NCBI GenBank assembly: GCA_963792895.1
Contig: CAWBYA010000004.1
Location: 162,069-226,068 of the forward strand
Direction: 5' to 3'
Length of the DNA: 64,000 nucleotides
DNA from: an uncultured Acidimicrobiia bacterium
GTDB taxonomy: Bacteria > Actinomycetota > Acidimicrobiia > Spongiisociales > UBA5794
Shown here piece after piece: positions 51,250-61,358 of this stretch (its first letter is position 1; each line of letters opens with the position of its first letter). The notes below the pieces were generated by a model. That model searched no databases. It saw nothing but the letters and a program-made list of their open reading frames with translations, and had not been told where the DNA came from. The position numbers and the translations under genes were made by a program.

Positions 51250-51741
51250 TTGGAAGGTTTCACGGCCCAGCAGGCCTCAAAGCTCACGGACTGTACGGCT
51301 CACCAGCTGCGCTACTGGGACAAGGTGAGCCTGGTCCAGCCGTCGCTTCAACAAACCGGTGGTCGCCCGGGCCGCCGCCGGCTGTATTCGTTTCGCGACC
51401 TCGTGGCGTTACGAGTCGTCAAGAGCCTGCTCGACAACGGGATGTCCGTGCAGCGGGTGAGGCGGGCGTGGGACTACCTGCGCCGAACCGCCGACATGGA
51501 ACAACACCTCGCCGAGGTGAAGCTCGTTACGGATGGGCAGAGCATCTTCCGGATCGCCAGTGACGACGACGAGTTGCTGGACGCCTTGCGGCAAGGCCAG
51601 CTGGCCTTCTTCGTCGCCATCAACGAGATCGCTCGCTCCGTCGAGGACGACGTGACGAGGTTCGAGCTCGACCGCGAGCGATTCCTCGAGCTCCTCCGCC
51701 GTGTCGAAGACGACGTCCTGAGCGAAGTCGAGCACGGGTAG
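51250..51741 (+). CDS. MerR-family transcriptional regulator
   Basis: QLRYWDK...GRRRLYSFRDL; GQL motif. Confidence 0.88.
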   Translation: MEGFTAQQASKLTDCTAHQLRYWDKVSLVQPSLQQTGGRPGRRRLYSFRDLVALRVVKSLLDNGMSVQRVRRAWDYLRRTADMEQHLAEVKLVTDGQSIFRIASDDDELLDALRQGQLAFFVAINEIARSVEDDVTRFELDRERFLELLRRVEDDVLSEVEHG

Positions 51742-51878
51742 CCGGTCACTCCCCGTAGCTGGTGGCTCGCGCGTCGCGCTCCTGGCTGCGGACGACGATC
51801 TGCCGCGTTCGATTGCCCCTGTGCCGCCGCTTCGTGCCGCCGTGCGTTCGTTCGCCGAGGCGGGGCATGGCCGTACGG

Positions 51879-54303
51879 TCAGCGGCGGGTCCGCAGCTTC
51901 CGGAGCCACATGGGGACGAGGGTTGCGGGGCGGTACCAGGCGATGATGCGCTCGACCCGCGAGTAGCGACCCATGAGCCGGTTGGTCGTCTGCGCGAGTG
52001 AGATTGTCGCTGTGGCGACGTGGGTGTCCTCCACGGACCCGGGCGGCCCGTACACGGCCCGGCCGTAGACGGCGGCGAGCGGCTGCATCGCAGGGTCGAC
52101 CCGTGCCGCCAGCTCGTCTGGCGTGAGCGATGTGACCGGATCCTCACCGAAGTCGGTGAGCCGGGCCACGATCTCCTCCCACGCAGCCGAGATGTCCCCG
52201 TCCCGAAGACGAGCGAGCCGGCGCCGGCTGCGGAGCAGCTTGATCAGTGGGAGGCCACCGCCGAGCAGCACCACCAACCCGATGGCGATCGCAAGTGGCT
52301 GGAGCCAGCTCGGGAGGGGGAAACGCCCGCCGCCTCCCAGGGGAGCGTCGAACGCAGCCGGATCGATGGCCAGGTCTTCCTCCGGGATGGCGCCGGGGTC
52401 GAAGAACCGGGGTGGGGTCTGGCCGGGGGTGAGCACCACCTCCGGGATCTGGTCGAAGTAGGCGACCAGGTCGTAGCCGAGTTCGTCGGCGACGTCGGCA
52501 GCGGTCGTCGGGTTGATGCGGTCGGGACGCGGCGTGGGGTCGAAGCGCACCCAACCTTGCGACGGCATCCAGAGCTCGACCCAGGCATGGGCGTTGCGGT
52601 CTCGGACGACCACAACGTCCTCATTGGCCGTGCGCTCACCCGGAGTGAAGCCGAGGATGACCCGCGAGGGGATACCGAGCGTGCGCGCCATGACCGCCAT
52701 CGATGTCGCAAAGTTCTCGCAATAGCCGGCCCGATGGAATGGCGTGTCGGCGTACTCATCGAGCAGCCACTCGGCGAGGTCGGTTGCCCCGTGGCCCGGA
52801 GTGATGTCGGTCGTGTATTGGAAGTCGCTCGACCGCAACCACGCCTCGAGGGCGAGCCCCACTTCGAAGGGCGTGTCGAGGTTCGAGGTCTTCGATCGAG
52901 CCAGTGCCCGAATGCCGGGGTCGAGGTCGTCGGGGAGCTGGAGGTATCGCTCGACGGAGGGTGGTTCCTCACGAGCCGGAGCTGCGGCTGGGTCCGGCAC
53001 GGGGAGGCCGTCTTCTGCCGGCGCCTCGAAGAGGGGTGACAGCTCTCCGTTCTGTCCGGCCGCCAGCACGTCGAGGTCTGGTTGGGGGATCTCGGAGGTG
53101 ACCGAGTAGAAGAGCTCGGGATAGCTGAGGCCCCCGTCCAGAATCAGCGAACCGTCGTCTTTGCGCACCCGAAGCGATCCGGTGAGCGTCTCTGCGCCGC
53201 GCACAGCCGTCGGTGTGTAGGCCGCGGGGAGCCAGGCCATCTGGAGCCTGTCGATGATGATGTCGGTGATCACCTGCGCCGTAGGGCCGGCGAAGGTGTG
53301 TCCGCCTTCCTCCCACTCCTCGGTGTCGAGCGGCTCGACCTCGGGCCGGTCGGCGAAGAACTGCCCGCTCTCGTACGTTTCCAAGCGTCAGCAGCCGGAA
53401 GTAGACGCGATCGGGGGTGATGTCGCCCCTGATCCTGGCGCTGAAGAGTGGGGCATTGCTCTGGGTGACCAATGACTGCTGGATGCCGACGAACGGGTTG
53501 TATGAGACGCTGCCGTAGAAGCCTCCGGATAGCCCGGTTGCCGCTCGCCACTGCACGACGCCGTCGTAGGGGACCGACGAGCCGAGAGCGCCGACGGCGA
53601 ACATGCTGCCCACGAGGGTGACGGCGAGGGCGAAGACGGTCGCAGGTCCCACCAGGCTCCGGCTGGGACGCCATCCCGAAGCGTGCGCCATTCGTCCGGC
53701 CGTTGCGGCCCTCTGATCCCACGTCACGGCGAGCGCAGCACCGGCGAGCAGCACCACGAATGCCATCACCAGCCACATCGACGTGGGGGAACGGTCCATC
53801 GTCGCAAACTGCAGCGACAGCACCAGCCCGGGGACGACGGCGAGCGCGGGCCGTCTGCGCACCAGCGCATAGGCCGTCACGGCACCAACCACCCAGAACA
53901 CGGCGGCGACGATGACGACGAGGCCGCTGACCGGGATGACGGGCTCGATCCCGTTGCGGATGATCGCCATGGCCTGGCTGAGCTGCTCGCCCATCTCCGT
54001 GAAGCTCGCCGAGCTCGGCACGACGAACGCCAAGGTGTCCGGGGTTGCGATGCGGAATGCGACGAGCGTGAGCGCGATGAGATTGACGAGGCCGACCAGC
54101 CATGCGGGGAGACGGTACGTGAGACCGGTCCATGTGATCACCGCACCGAGGGCGAGACCGGCGAGTATCACGAACTGCCACGGCGGCCCGGACACCGTCG
54201 GCCGCAGCAGGCTGGTGAGTTGCGAGAACGCCAGGGCGAGGATTGCCCCTGCGGCTATGCCGGTGTAGCGGTAGACCACGTGCGCTCCATTGCTTCCTGC
54301 CAT
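51879..54303 (-). CDS. Transglutaminase-like membrane protein (DUF3488/TgpA-like), frameshifted near 53385
   Basis: Multi-TM N-terminus to YFRLLT, next frame ETYE...GYCENFA...HAWVE...FDPTP (Cys-His-Asp). Confidence 0.85.
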
Positions 54304-55439
54304 GCCGCCGACCATCTCGTCCCACCTGGGGCGAGGATCGTGACCACGGCCGCCTGCCTGAACCGAAGTATCGCTTCGTTCTGTTCATCCGCAACAGCCA
54401 TCACCAGCGTCCTCGTGTAGTCGCGGCCCAGGGTCCTGTAGACGGCGAGATGGCTGTCTCCGACCTCGCCGGTGACCATGAACAACGCACCGCCGGCGAG
54501 GCCGCGCTGGCGAAGCCGTGACAACGCGTTGCGGAGGTCGGCGCCCGCGCTGGGCATGACGATCGCCAGCTCTTCCATGGCCAGCCGGTAGGTCTCAATC
54601 GACGTGACCGTGGTCGCTTCCGTGCGCCCCGTCCACAGCGTCGGGCTGAACCCGGTCGCAAACAGGTGGTGGAGCGTCGATGCGGCCCCGCGCACCGCGT
54701 GTTCGAACGTGTCCGGCGTCGGGTAGCTCGCGGCGTTCGGGTCGAGGACGACCAGGGCACGGGACTGCCAGGGCATCTCCAGCTGGCGGATCATCAACTC
54801 GTCGCGCTTGGCCGAAGTCGGCCAGTGGACACGGCGGAGATCGTCGCCCTGCTGGTATTCGCGCATGGTGAAGAAGTCCTCGCCGCCGGTCTGCGAGAAG
54901 CGGGCACGCGACGTCGCGACGTTCGGGTCTTGGCCCCGTACGACAGGGAGTCCGTCCAGCCGCTCTACCGCCGGATAGACGACGAGGCGGTCGATGCGCC
55001 CCGCGCGACCTCCCGACTCGGCCATGCCGAAGGGATCGCGGATGTGCACCTCTGTTGGTCCGACGCGGTAGACGCCGCGGGGTCGGCACACGACCTCGTA
55101 GCGGCCGACGAGCGGGTCGCGCGGCGCCACCCGGTCGGCGATGAACTCGGCGGCCCCGAGACCCTCGACGGTATCGGTGATGTGCGTTTGCGAGAGCTGC
55201 CGGTGGGCGATGAGCGTCACGGTCACCAGGGCACGGTCGCCGTCGTGCACCTGCTCGGGGAGCAACTCCCGGCTTATGCCGACTTGGGGTGCGATCCGGC
55301 GGACGTAGACCGTCCCGAACACGACTGCGATGAGGAGGAACGCCGACGCTGCGAGCAGGAGCAGCTCGCCGAAGGCCACCCACAGCACGGCGAGCGCAGC
55401 TGCGGCGCCGAGAGCCGCCCAGCCGCGCAAGGTGGGCAT
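54255..55439 (-). CDS. DUF58 domain protein
   Basis: RGVYRVGP..DPFG, MREYQQGDDLRRVHWPTSA. Confidence 0.9.
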   Translation of the reverse strand: MPTLRGWAALGAAAALAVLWVAFGELLLLAASAFLLIAVVFGTVYVRRIAPQVGISRELLPEQVHDGDRALVTVTLIAHRQLSQTHITDTVEGLGAAEFIADRVAPRDPLVGRYEVVCRPRGVYRVGPTEVHIRDPFGMAESGGRAGRIDRLVVYPAVERLDGLPVVRGQDPNVATSRARFSQTGGEDFFTMREYQQGDDLRRVHWPTSAKRDELMIRQLEMPWQSRALVVLDPNAASYPTPDTFEHAVRGAASTLHHLFATGFSPTLWTGRTEATTVTSIETYRLAMEELAIVMPSAGADLRNALSRLRQRGLAGGALFMVTGEVGDSHLAVYRTLGRDYTRTLVMAVADEQNEAILRFRQAAVVTILAPGGTRWSAAWQEAMERTWSTATPA

Positions 55440-56410
55440 CAGGCGGACGGCCTCAGCCCGGGGACGGGAACACTTTGCCCCAGCCCTTCGATGACGGAGC
55501 TCATGTCGATGCCCCGCATCTGCGCCTCGGGTCGCAAGATGAGACGGTGGTTGAGCACGGGCGTCAGCATTGCCTTGATGTCGTCCGGTGCGACGTAGTC
55601 TCGACCGGCAACGGCGGCGTGGGTGCGTGCGGCCCGCATCATGTAGAGCGTCGCCCGTGGTGAGATGCCGAGGAGGAGGTCGGGGTCGTTGCGCGAAGCA
55701 TCTGCGAGGTCCACGAGGTACGACTTGATGACGTCTGCCACGTGGACCCGCCGCGCGATCAGCACCATCTCCTGCACCTGATCGGCGTGCACGACCGGTT
55801 GCAGCTCGTCGTACGTCGAGTGGTCGCCGTGCGTGTCGAGCATCTGCAGCTCCTTCTCACGGTTTGGGTAGCCCATGGCGAGCCGCATCATGAAGCGGTC
55901 GAGCTGGGCTTCAGGGAGCGGGTACGTGCCTTCGTGCTCGATCGGGTTTTGTGTTGCCACGACCAGGAATGGAGCGGCAAGCGCCCGCGTCACGCCGTCT
56001 ACGGTCACCTGACGCTCTTCCATCGCCTCGAGCAGCGCCGACTGCGTCTTGGGGCTGGCCCTGTTGATCTCGTCGCCGAGCACGACGTTGGCGAACACGG
56101 GCCCGGCCCGGAACACGAACTCACCTTTGTCGCGGTCCCACACCGAGACACCGGTCACGTCGGATGGCAAGAGGTCCGGGGTGAACTGGATGCGAGAGAA
56201 CGTGCAGTCGATCGAACGAGCAAGCGACTTGGCGAGCAGCGTCTTCCCCACACCGGGAACATCCTCGATGAGGGCGTGCCCCCCGGAGATCAGACACACC
56301 GCCATGAGCTCGATGACATCGCGCTTGCCCTGGATGACATGTTCGATGTTGTCGGTGATCGCCGCGAAGTAGCTCCTGAAGACGCGGAGTTCTTCAGCGG
56401 TCACGGTCAC
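55439..56410 (-). CDS. moxR: MoxR-family AAA+ ATPase
   Basis: EDVPGVGKT, RIQFTPDLLPSD, DEINRA, ATQNP, LPEAQLDRF. Confidence 0.95.
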   Translation of the reverse strand: MTVTAEELRVFRSYFAAITDNIEHVIQGKRDVIELMAVCLISGGHALIEDVPGVGKTLLAKSLARSIDCTFSRIQFTPDLLPSDVTGVSVWDRDKGEFVFRAGPVFANVVLGDEINRASPKTQSALLEAMEERQVTVDGVTRALAAPFLVVATQNPIEHEGTYPLPEAQLDRFMMRLAMGYPNREKELQMLDTHGDHSTYDELQPVVHADQVQEMVLIARRVHVADVIKSYLVDLADASRNDPDLLLGISPRATLYMMRAARTHAAVAGRDYVAPDDIKAMLTPVLNHRLILRPEAQMRGIDMSSVIEGLGQSVPVPGLRPSA

Positions 56411-56522
56411 GGGCGGGCTCCTTCCGGCGGCAGAGTGCTGAGGATATCAAAGGGTGGATACCTAACACGCGGGGCGCCGCGGCACTCACTGCGTTGCCCT
56501 CGTGTGGTAGAACGGCATCCGG

Positions 56523-56780
56523 ATGTCGCAGGTTCCCCTCACGTCGCTCGCAGTCACCGTGGCGAAACGTCCCCGACTGTGGGGCGAGGCGTTGCGCGCT
56601 GTTCCGGCTCTCGCCAGGAAGGACTGGTGGCGGACGCCGCCATTCCTTCCGCTTCCCGACCGTGACTACCTCTCGTGGCGCATTGCGACTGCGTACGGCT
56701 CATCGGGGGCAGCCATCGCACCTGAGGATGTCGTGGCCTACCTCGAGTGGCGCCGCCGGCAACGCAGGTCGCTGACCTGA
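56523..56780 (+). CDS. Hypothetical protein
   Basis: 85 aa, protein-like (WWRTPPFLPLPD..YL.WR..TAYG). Confidence 0.65.
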   Translation: MSQVPLTSLAVTVAKRPRLWGEALRAVPALARKDWWRTPPFLPLPDRDYLSWRIATAYGSSGAAIAPEDVVAYLEWRRRQRRSLT

Positions 56781-56913
56781 AGGGTCGACAGGCCGCCGCC
56801 CCGGCCGGGGCCGTGGCTGCACCGCGATGAAGCGTGGCCGAGAGCCCATGGGCATCAGAGGGGGCGAGCACAGACGCGGCGTGCTCTCAGCCCGGGGTGC
56901 GCCCCCAGCCGCA

Positions 56914-57333
56914 TCACCCGATGAGGCGCGACGAGACCTCGTTCACCCGATCGAGCACTCGCCGTGCGGTGCGGCGAACGCCGTCCGGCGTATCGTCCTC
57001 GAGCAGGCGTTGGTCGGCGTTCCTCGTCGATACGACGTCAGCGCCGAGGCGGCGCAGCTCCCACGCCGTCACTTCTTGCGTCTCTGCATCGTCCCCGAGC
57101 GCATCCAACGAGGCGACGACAACCGTCTCGACCGCCCCGGACGCCACCACAGCCAGCAGGGCGCGAAACCCGGCCGAGGTGTCCGTGCGCCCTGGGTGCG
57201 CTGCGTCCTGGCACACGGTGATGAGGTCGTGCGAGTGGTCAGCCGCATGGCGGCGGATGCGCTCGGCCTGGGCGAAGGCCGGCTCTCCACCTTCCGCAGG
57301 AGGGCGTTCTCGTATGTAGCCGGCGATGCGCAA
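56914..57333 (-). CDS. Serine-recombinase catalytic-domain-like protein lacking catalytic residues
   Basis: AGYIRE...AQAERIR...QD...GFRALL...VETVVVASLDALG...LRRLGADVVS follows the resolvase pattern; start uncertain (TTG 57333). Confidence 0.6.
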   Translation of the reverse strand: MRIAGYIRERPPAEGGEPAFAQAERIRRHAADHSHDLITVCQDAAHPGRTDTSAGFRALLAVVASGAVETVVVASLDALGDDAETQEVTAWELRRLGADVVSTRNADQRLLEDDTPDGVRRTARRVLDRVNEVSSRLIG

Positions 57334-57442
57334 GGTGTCCCGTCGTGTCGCGTGGCCTGAAGTCTGGCACGACCGACCGTCGTCCGGCAACGCCGCTCGC
57401 AGCGTGCCGATCTGGCAATCAGCCGCTGGTACGCTGCCGCAC

Positions 57443-57940
57443 ATGCCGCGTGCTCTGGTGCTCAACGCCACGTACGAGCCGCTGTCGGTGGTCCCCGTCC
57501 GGCGGGCGCTCGTGCTCGTCATGCACGAGCGCGCCGACGTCGTCGAGAGCAACGGCCACATCTATCGCTCCGAGCATCTCGCACTCTCTGCCCCGTCGGT
57601 CATCAAGCTGCGGCGCTACGTGAAGGTGCGGTTCGACAGGAGAGTGCCGCTCAACCGGCGGTCGATCTTCTTGCGAGACGACTTCTCGTGCCAGTACTGC
57701 GAACGGCCCGCAGAGAACGTCGACCACGTGGTGCCGCGGTCGCAGGGCGGGAGCCATGAGTGGGACAACGTCGTTGCTGCGTGCCGTCGCTGCAACACGA
57801 AGAAGGGCGGTCGCACCCCCGAGCAAGCCGGGCTCACACTGCGCCGGCCACCGCAAGTGCCGCCGCGTCAGGCATGGGTAGCGTTTGGGAACGGCGTCAG
57901 ACCGGACCCGACATGGGAGCAGTACCTGGCCCGTCGGTAG
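57443..57940 (+). CDS. HNH endonuclease
   Basis: LVLNATYEPL, RDDFSCQYC, VDHVVPRSQGG, NVVAACRRCNTKKG. Confidence 0.92.
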   Translation: MPRALVLNATYEPLSVVPVRRALVLVMHERADVVESNGHIYRSEHLALSAPSVIKLRRYVKVRFDRRVPLNRRSIFLRDDFSCQYCERPAENVDHVVPRSQGGSHEWDNVVAACRRCNTKKGGRTPEQAGLTLRRPPQVPPRQAWVAFGNGVRPDPTWEQYLARR

Positions 57941-58039
57941 CGGCACGGCGGGTTGCGGTGTAACTCCCTGTGGGGGTGAGTGCGCGTAGGCTGGGATGCC
58001 TCGTCGTAGGGTGGGCCTGCAGTTGACCGGACGTACATC

Positions 58040-60052
58040 ATGACTCAGCCGACGGGCGCGTCTGCACACACAATCTTCGATCGTCGGGGACCCGCCGCCT
58101 TCATGGTCGCGTCCCTCGCCATCGGCGTGCTGGTCGGTCTCGGAGCATCCGCCCTCGTCATCGGCGCCCACTTCATCGCGGACGTCGTCGGCAGTGTCGA
58201 TGACGACGGGGTGGGGCGGCTGATGCCGCTCTTTGCCGTGCCGCTCGGCCTCGTCGTTGCGTGGCTCATCGCACGGCGGTGGGGCCCGGGAATCGAAGGC
58301 GACGGCGTTCCCGAGACGATGGTCGGGATCTCGCTGCGAGGCGGATACCTGCCCGGCCGCATCGTCGGCGCCAAGCTCTCGGCAACGATGGCGACGCTGG
58401 GATTCGGGGGCTCGGCGGGACGGGAGGGCCCCATCGTGCAGATCGGGGGCACGATCGGTTCGGTGCTTGCCCGTCGCACGCGCTTCGGAGAGGATCAGGT
58501 GCGCAGCCTGATCGCGGCCGGTGCGGGTGCAGGCATTGGTGCGAGCTTCAATGCTCCCATCGCCGGGATGCTCTTTGCGCTCGAGGTGATCCTCGGCAAT
58601 TTCGCGATCCGGCACCTCAACGCAGTGGTCGTGGCCTCGGTGGCGGCGGCCGTCACAACGCGGCTGGCGATCGGCGAGGAACGGATCCTCTCGGCGCCGG
58701 CGCACACGCTTGGTTCTCCGACCGAGCTCATCTTGTACGCGGCGCTCGGCGTGCTCGCGGGGGTGGTCGCCGTCACGTTCCTTCGGTTTCTCGAGGCGCC
58801 TGAGCGAGCCGCCGCCCGGCTGGGAGGCGTGAGCCGCCCGCTGGTCGCCGGGCTGTTGATCGGAGCCGCCGGCATCATCGAGCCACGGGTGCTTGGCACG
58901 GGTCAGGACGTCGTGGCCCACCTGCTGCAGTTGCCGGCGGACAGTACCGAGCTCTGGTACGTGCTCCTTGCTCTCGTTGGCCTCAAGATCCTCGCTGTGA
59001 CGCTCACGCTCAATGGCGGCGGGTCCGGCGGCGCGTTCATGCCGAGCCTCTTCCTCGGTGCCAACCTCGGTGCTGCCCTCGCCCTCGTCGTTCAGCCACT
59101 GTGGGGGCTGTCGACGCTGCAGCCCGGGGCGTTTGCCGTCGTCGGTATGGCGGCGGCCTTCGCCGGTGTTGCCCGAGCTCCGCTCACGTCCATCATCATC
59201 GTGTTCGAAATCACGGGCGACTACGGGCTCGTGCTGCCGCTGATGCTCGCAACGTCCGTCGCAACGATGCTCGCCGAGCGGCTGGAGCCGAACAGCGCCT
59301 ACACGGCGCCACTGCGGAGGCGGGGTATCCACCTGCCGACCCGGGAAGATGTCGACCTGCTCGACACGGTGACCGTTGCCGATGTGATGTCCGGACCGGA
59401 CACGGTGTGTTCTCCCGACGTCACCGCAGCCGAGGCGAGCGCTCTCCTCGAGCGCACCCGGCACCACGGTATGCCGGTCGTGGAGGCCGGACACCTCGTC
59501 GGCATAGTGACCCTGTCCGATCTGGCGAAGGAGGGGGCGACAACGGTTGGCGACGTCATGACCCTCCGACCCATCACCGTGTCGCCCAGCCTCCCGGTGT
59601 CGGAGGCACTGGCGAGGATGGCCGCGCTCGACGTGGGGAGGTTGCCGGTCGTTGCTGAAGATCGGCCGGATGTCCTCCTCGGCATGTTTCGCAGGGACAG
59701 CGCCGTTGTTGCGTACGAGCGGGCCCTCGGTGCAACAACCGATCGCCGCCTGTCACGTGAGCGTCACGATGTTCGCGCTGCACCGAGGACGGCGTTCTTC
59801 GAGATCTGGATACCGCATGGCTCGCCGGTCAAGGGACGCAACGTGCGAAGCGTGGTGTGGCCCGACGACGTGACGCTCGTGTCGATTCGCCGTGGCTCCT
59901 CAGTTCTCATCCCGCACGGCGATACGACCCTCGAACCGGGCGACACGGTCACTGCCTATGGCTCGGCAGGAGCGAAGGCGCGAATGGAGGCGATTCTCGG
60001 GGTCGGCGGCGGGGGGCGGCAGCCAAACGATGCGCACGCCGCCGGTCGCTGA
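58040..60052 (+). CDS. CLC-family chloride channel/transporter with CBS pair and RCK_C domain
   Basis: GDGVP, GREGP, NAPIAG, GGAFMP; CBS HHGMPVV / GRLPVV; IRRG..LIPHGDT.L.PGD. Confidence 0.92.
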   Translation: MTQPTGASAHTIFDRRGPAAFMVASLAIGVLVGLGASALVIGAHFIADVVGSVDDDGVGRLMPLFAVPLGLVVAWLIARRWGPGIEGDGVPETMVGISLRGGYLPGRIVGAKLSATMATLGFGGSAGREGPIVQIGGTIGSVLARRTRFGEDQVRSLIAAGAGAGIGASFNAPIAGMLFALEVILGNFAIRHLNAVVVASVAAAVTTRLAIGEERILSAPAHTLGSPTELILYAALGVLAGVVAVTFLRFLEAPERAAARLGGVSRPLVAGLLIGAAGIIEPRVLGTGQDVVAHLLQLPADSTELWYVLLALVGLKILAVTLTLNGGGSGGAFMPSLFLGANLGAALALVVQPLWGLSTLQPGAFAVVGMAAAFAGVARAPLTSIIIVFEITGDYGLVLPLMLATSVATMLAERLEPNSAYTAPLRRRGIHLPTREDVDLLDTVTVADVMSGPDTVCSPDVTAAEASALLERTRHHGMPVVEAGHLVGIVTLSDLAKEGATTVGDVMTLRPITVSPSLPVSEALARMAALDVGRLPVVAEDRPDVLLGMFRRDSAVVAYERALGATTDRRLSRERHDVRAAPRTAFFEIWIPHGSPVKGRNVRSVVWPDDVTLVSIRRGSSVLIPHGDTTLEPGDTVTAYGSAGAKARMEAILGVGGGGRQPNDAHAAGR

Positions 60053-60070
60053 CGGAGGTCGACGCCCGCC

Positions 60071-60292
60071 TCAGCGTGGGTGATCGACGGCGTGTGATGC
60101 GTGCGGGCGTCGCTCTTGTGATCCGCGGAGCGTGAGGAACGCACCAGCGGCGACGAGCAGTCCCCGGATGACCCAGCCCATCGTGACTCCCCACGAGTCG
60201 ATCCACATCAGGATCGTGAACTCGCGGCCAAACATCGACAGCAGGGCAGAGCCTGCGCCGAACATCAACAGATACCACCCGACTCTGGCCAT
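60071..60292 (-). CDS. Small membrane protein
   Basis: 73 aa, two TMs, AGGAG SD upstream. Confidence 0.7.
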   Translation of the reverse strand: MARVGWYLLMFGAGSALLSMFGREFTILMWIDSWGVTMGWVIRGLLVAAGAFLTLRGSQERRPHASHAVDHPR

Positions 60293-60734
60293 CTTCTACT
60301 CCTACCACCGGTCCTACCAGATCTTGCCCGGGGAGAATACGGCGATTGCCGCATGCCGTGAATAGGACGGGCGTCTCTGTTTGGTGCGCTCCGGTTCCTG
60401 CGAGCGCGGCACGCCACCATCGTGTCCCAAAGCGGATGATCGCGCCGACGTACATCCGTCCGTCGAGACGACGGCGCCTGGCACGCTCGTGCGTCTGGTG
60501 GATGGACGGTTGCTGCCGGGCGGTTGGTCCGACGACGAGACGCAGGGTCCGCCTACGGACCTCCTGCGCCGGCGTGGCGAGATCCGAGGTCGAGGTCGCA
60601 CGATCGAGTGACATCCCATGACCGAATCGGCGACACGTTCGTGAAGTGGTGACGAAACCGTGACGCCTCACTGCTGGGTCGATCGCCTCATTCGGTGGCT
60701 GAGTGTGAGGAAGTGGGTCGAAGAGATTGACAGG

Positions 60735-60777
60735 TGGCACGGAATGGGGCAAAGTGGGGCGCTGTGGGAGATGATGG
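60735..60777 (+). promoter_or_regulatory. MraZ-binding direct repeats
   Basis: TGG(G) at 60735, 60745, 60755, 60765, 60775 (exact 10-nt period); TTGACA at 60727-60732. Confidence 0.8.
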
Positions 60778-60797
60778 CGTAACGGGGACCGTGTGGC

Positions 60798-61235
60798 GTG
60801 TTTCTTGGAGAGTTCGAACACTCGTTGGATGCGAAGGGACGGCTGGTGCTGCCCCGGAAGTTCCGCGACGAGCTCGAAGAGGATGGCTGCGTGCTCACCA
60901 AGGGGCAGGAGAGCTGCCTCTACGTCTTTTCGATGGAGCAGTGGGAGGAGGAGGTTGCCCGCTTGCGCAGGCTGCCTCGCACCGACCGCCGCAACCGCAA
61001 GTACCAACGGTCGTTCTTCGCATCGGCGCTCGACCAGACCCTCGACCGGCAAGGCCGCGTCCAGCTCCCCGACCGGCACCGAGAGTATGCCGGGCTGGGG
61101 AAGGACGTCACGGTGGTCGGTGCTCTGGACCGGATCGAGATCTGGTCCAGGGAAGCCTGGGCCGCCGAGGCGACCGAGGCAGACGAGTACTACAGCGGTA
61201 TCGAGGAAGTGCTCAGCGAGGACGGTGGCATCTGA
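60798..61235 (+). CDS. mraZ: Division/cell wall cluster repressor MraZ
   Basis: FLGEFEHSLDAKGRLVLP, DRQGRV, GALDRIEIW. Confidence 0.97.
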   Translation: MFLGEFEHSLDAKGRLVLPRKFRDELEEDGCVLTKGQESCLYVFSMEQWEEEVARLRRLPRTDRRNRKYQRSFFASALDQTLDRQGRVQLPDRHREYAGLGKDVTVVGALDRIEIWSREAWAAEATEADEYYSGIEEVLSEDGGI

Positions 61236-61358
61236 TGTCGCTCGTTCCCGCACTCGCGACGACGATGTCTGGCCCATGGTCAGCCTCCCGGATGCCAATT
61301 GGGAGGCCCCTTACTCCGCCCGCTTCCAGGTTGGCGCCAGCGCTCCGGGAGGCTGACC

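Noticed and set aside
3401-51741. MerB-like plus MerR as a mercury resistance system
   Set aside because: About 47 kb apart; no merA/merT/merP; the MerR has only one Cys.
56798-56811. 14-bp palindrome GCCCCGGCCGGGGC between convergent genes
   Set aside because: Could be a terminator-like stem, but all-GC palindromes arise easily at this composition and there is no U-tract.
56914-57940. Resolvase-like plus HNH as a mobile element or prophage remnant
   Set aside because: No terminal repeats, att sites, transposase or phage genes seen; no evident composition shift; flanks are housekeeping.
60314-60619. Possible ORFs between the small membrane gene and mraZ
   Set aside because: Low-complexity Arg/Pro/Ser translations in competing frames, no SD or motif.
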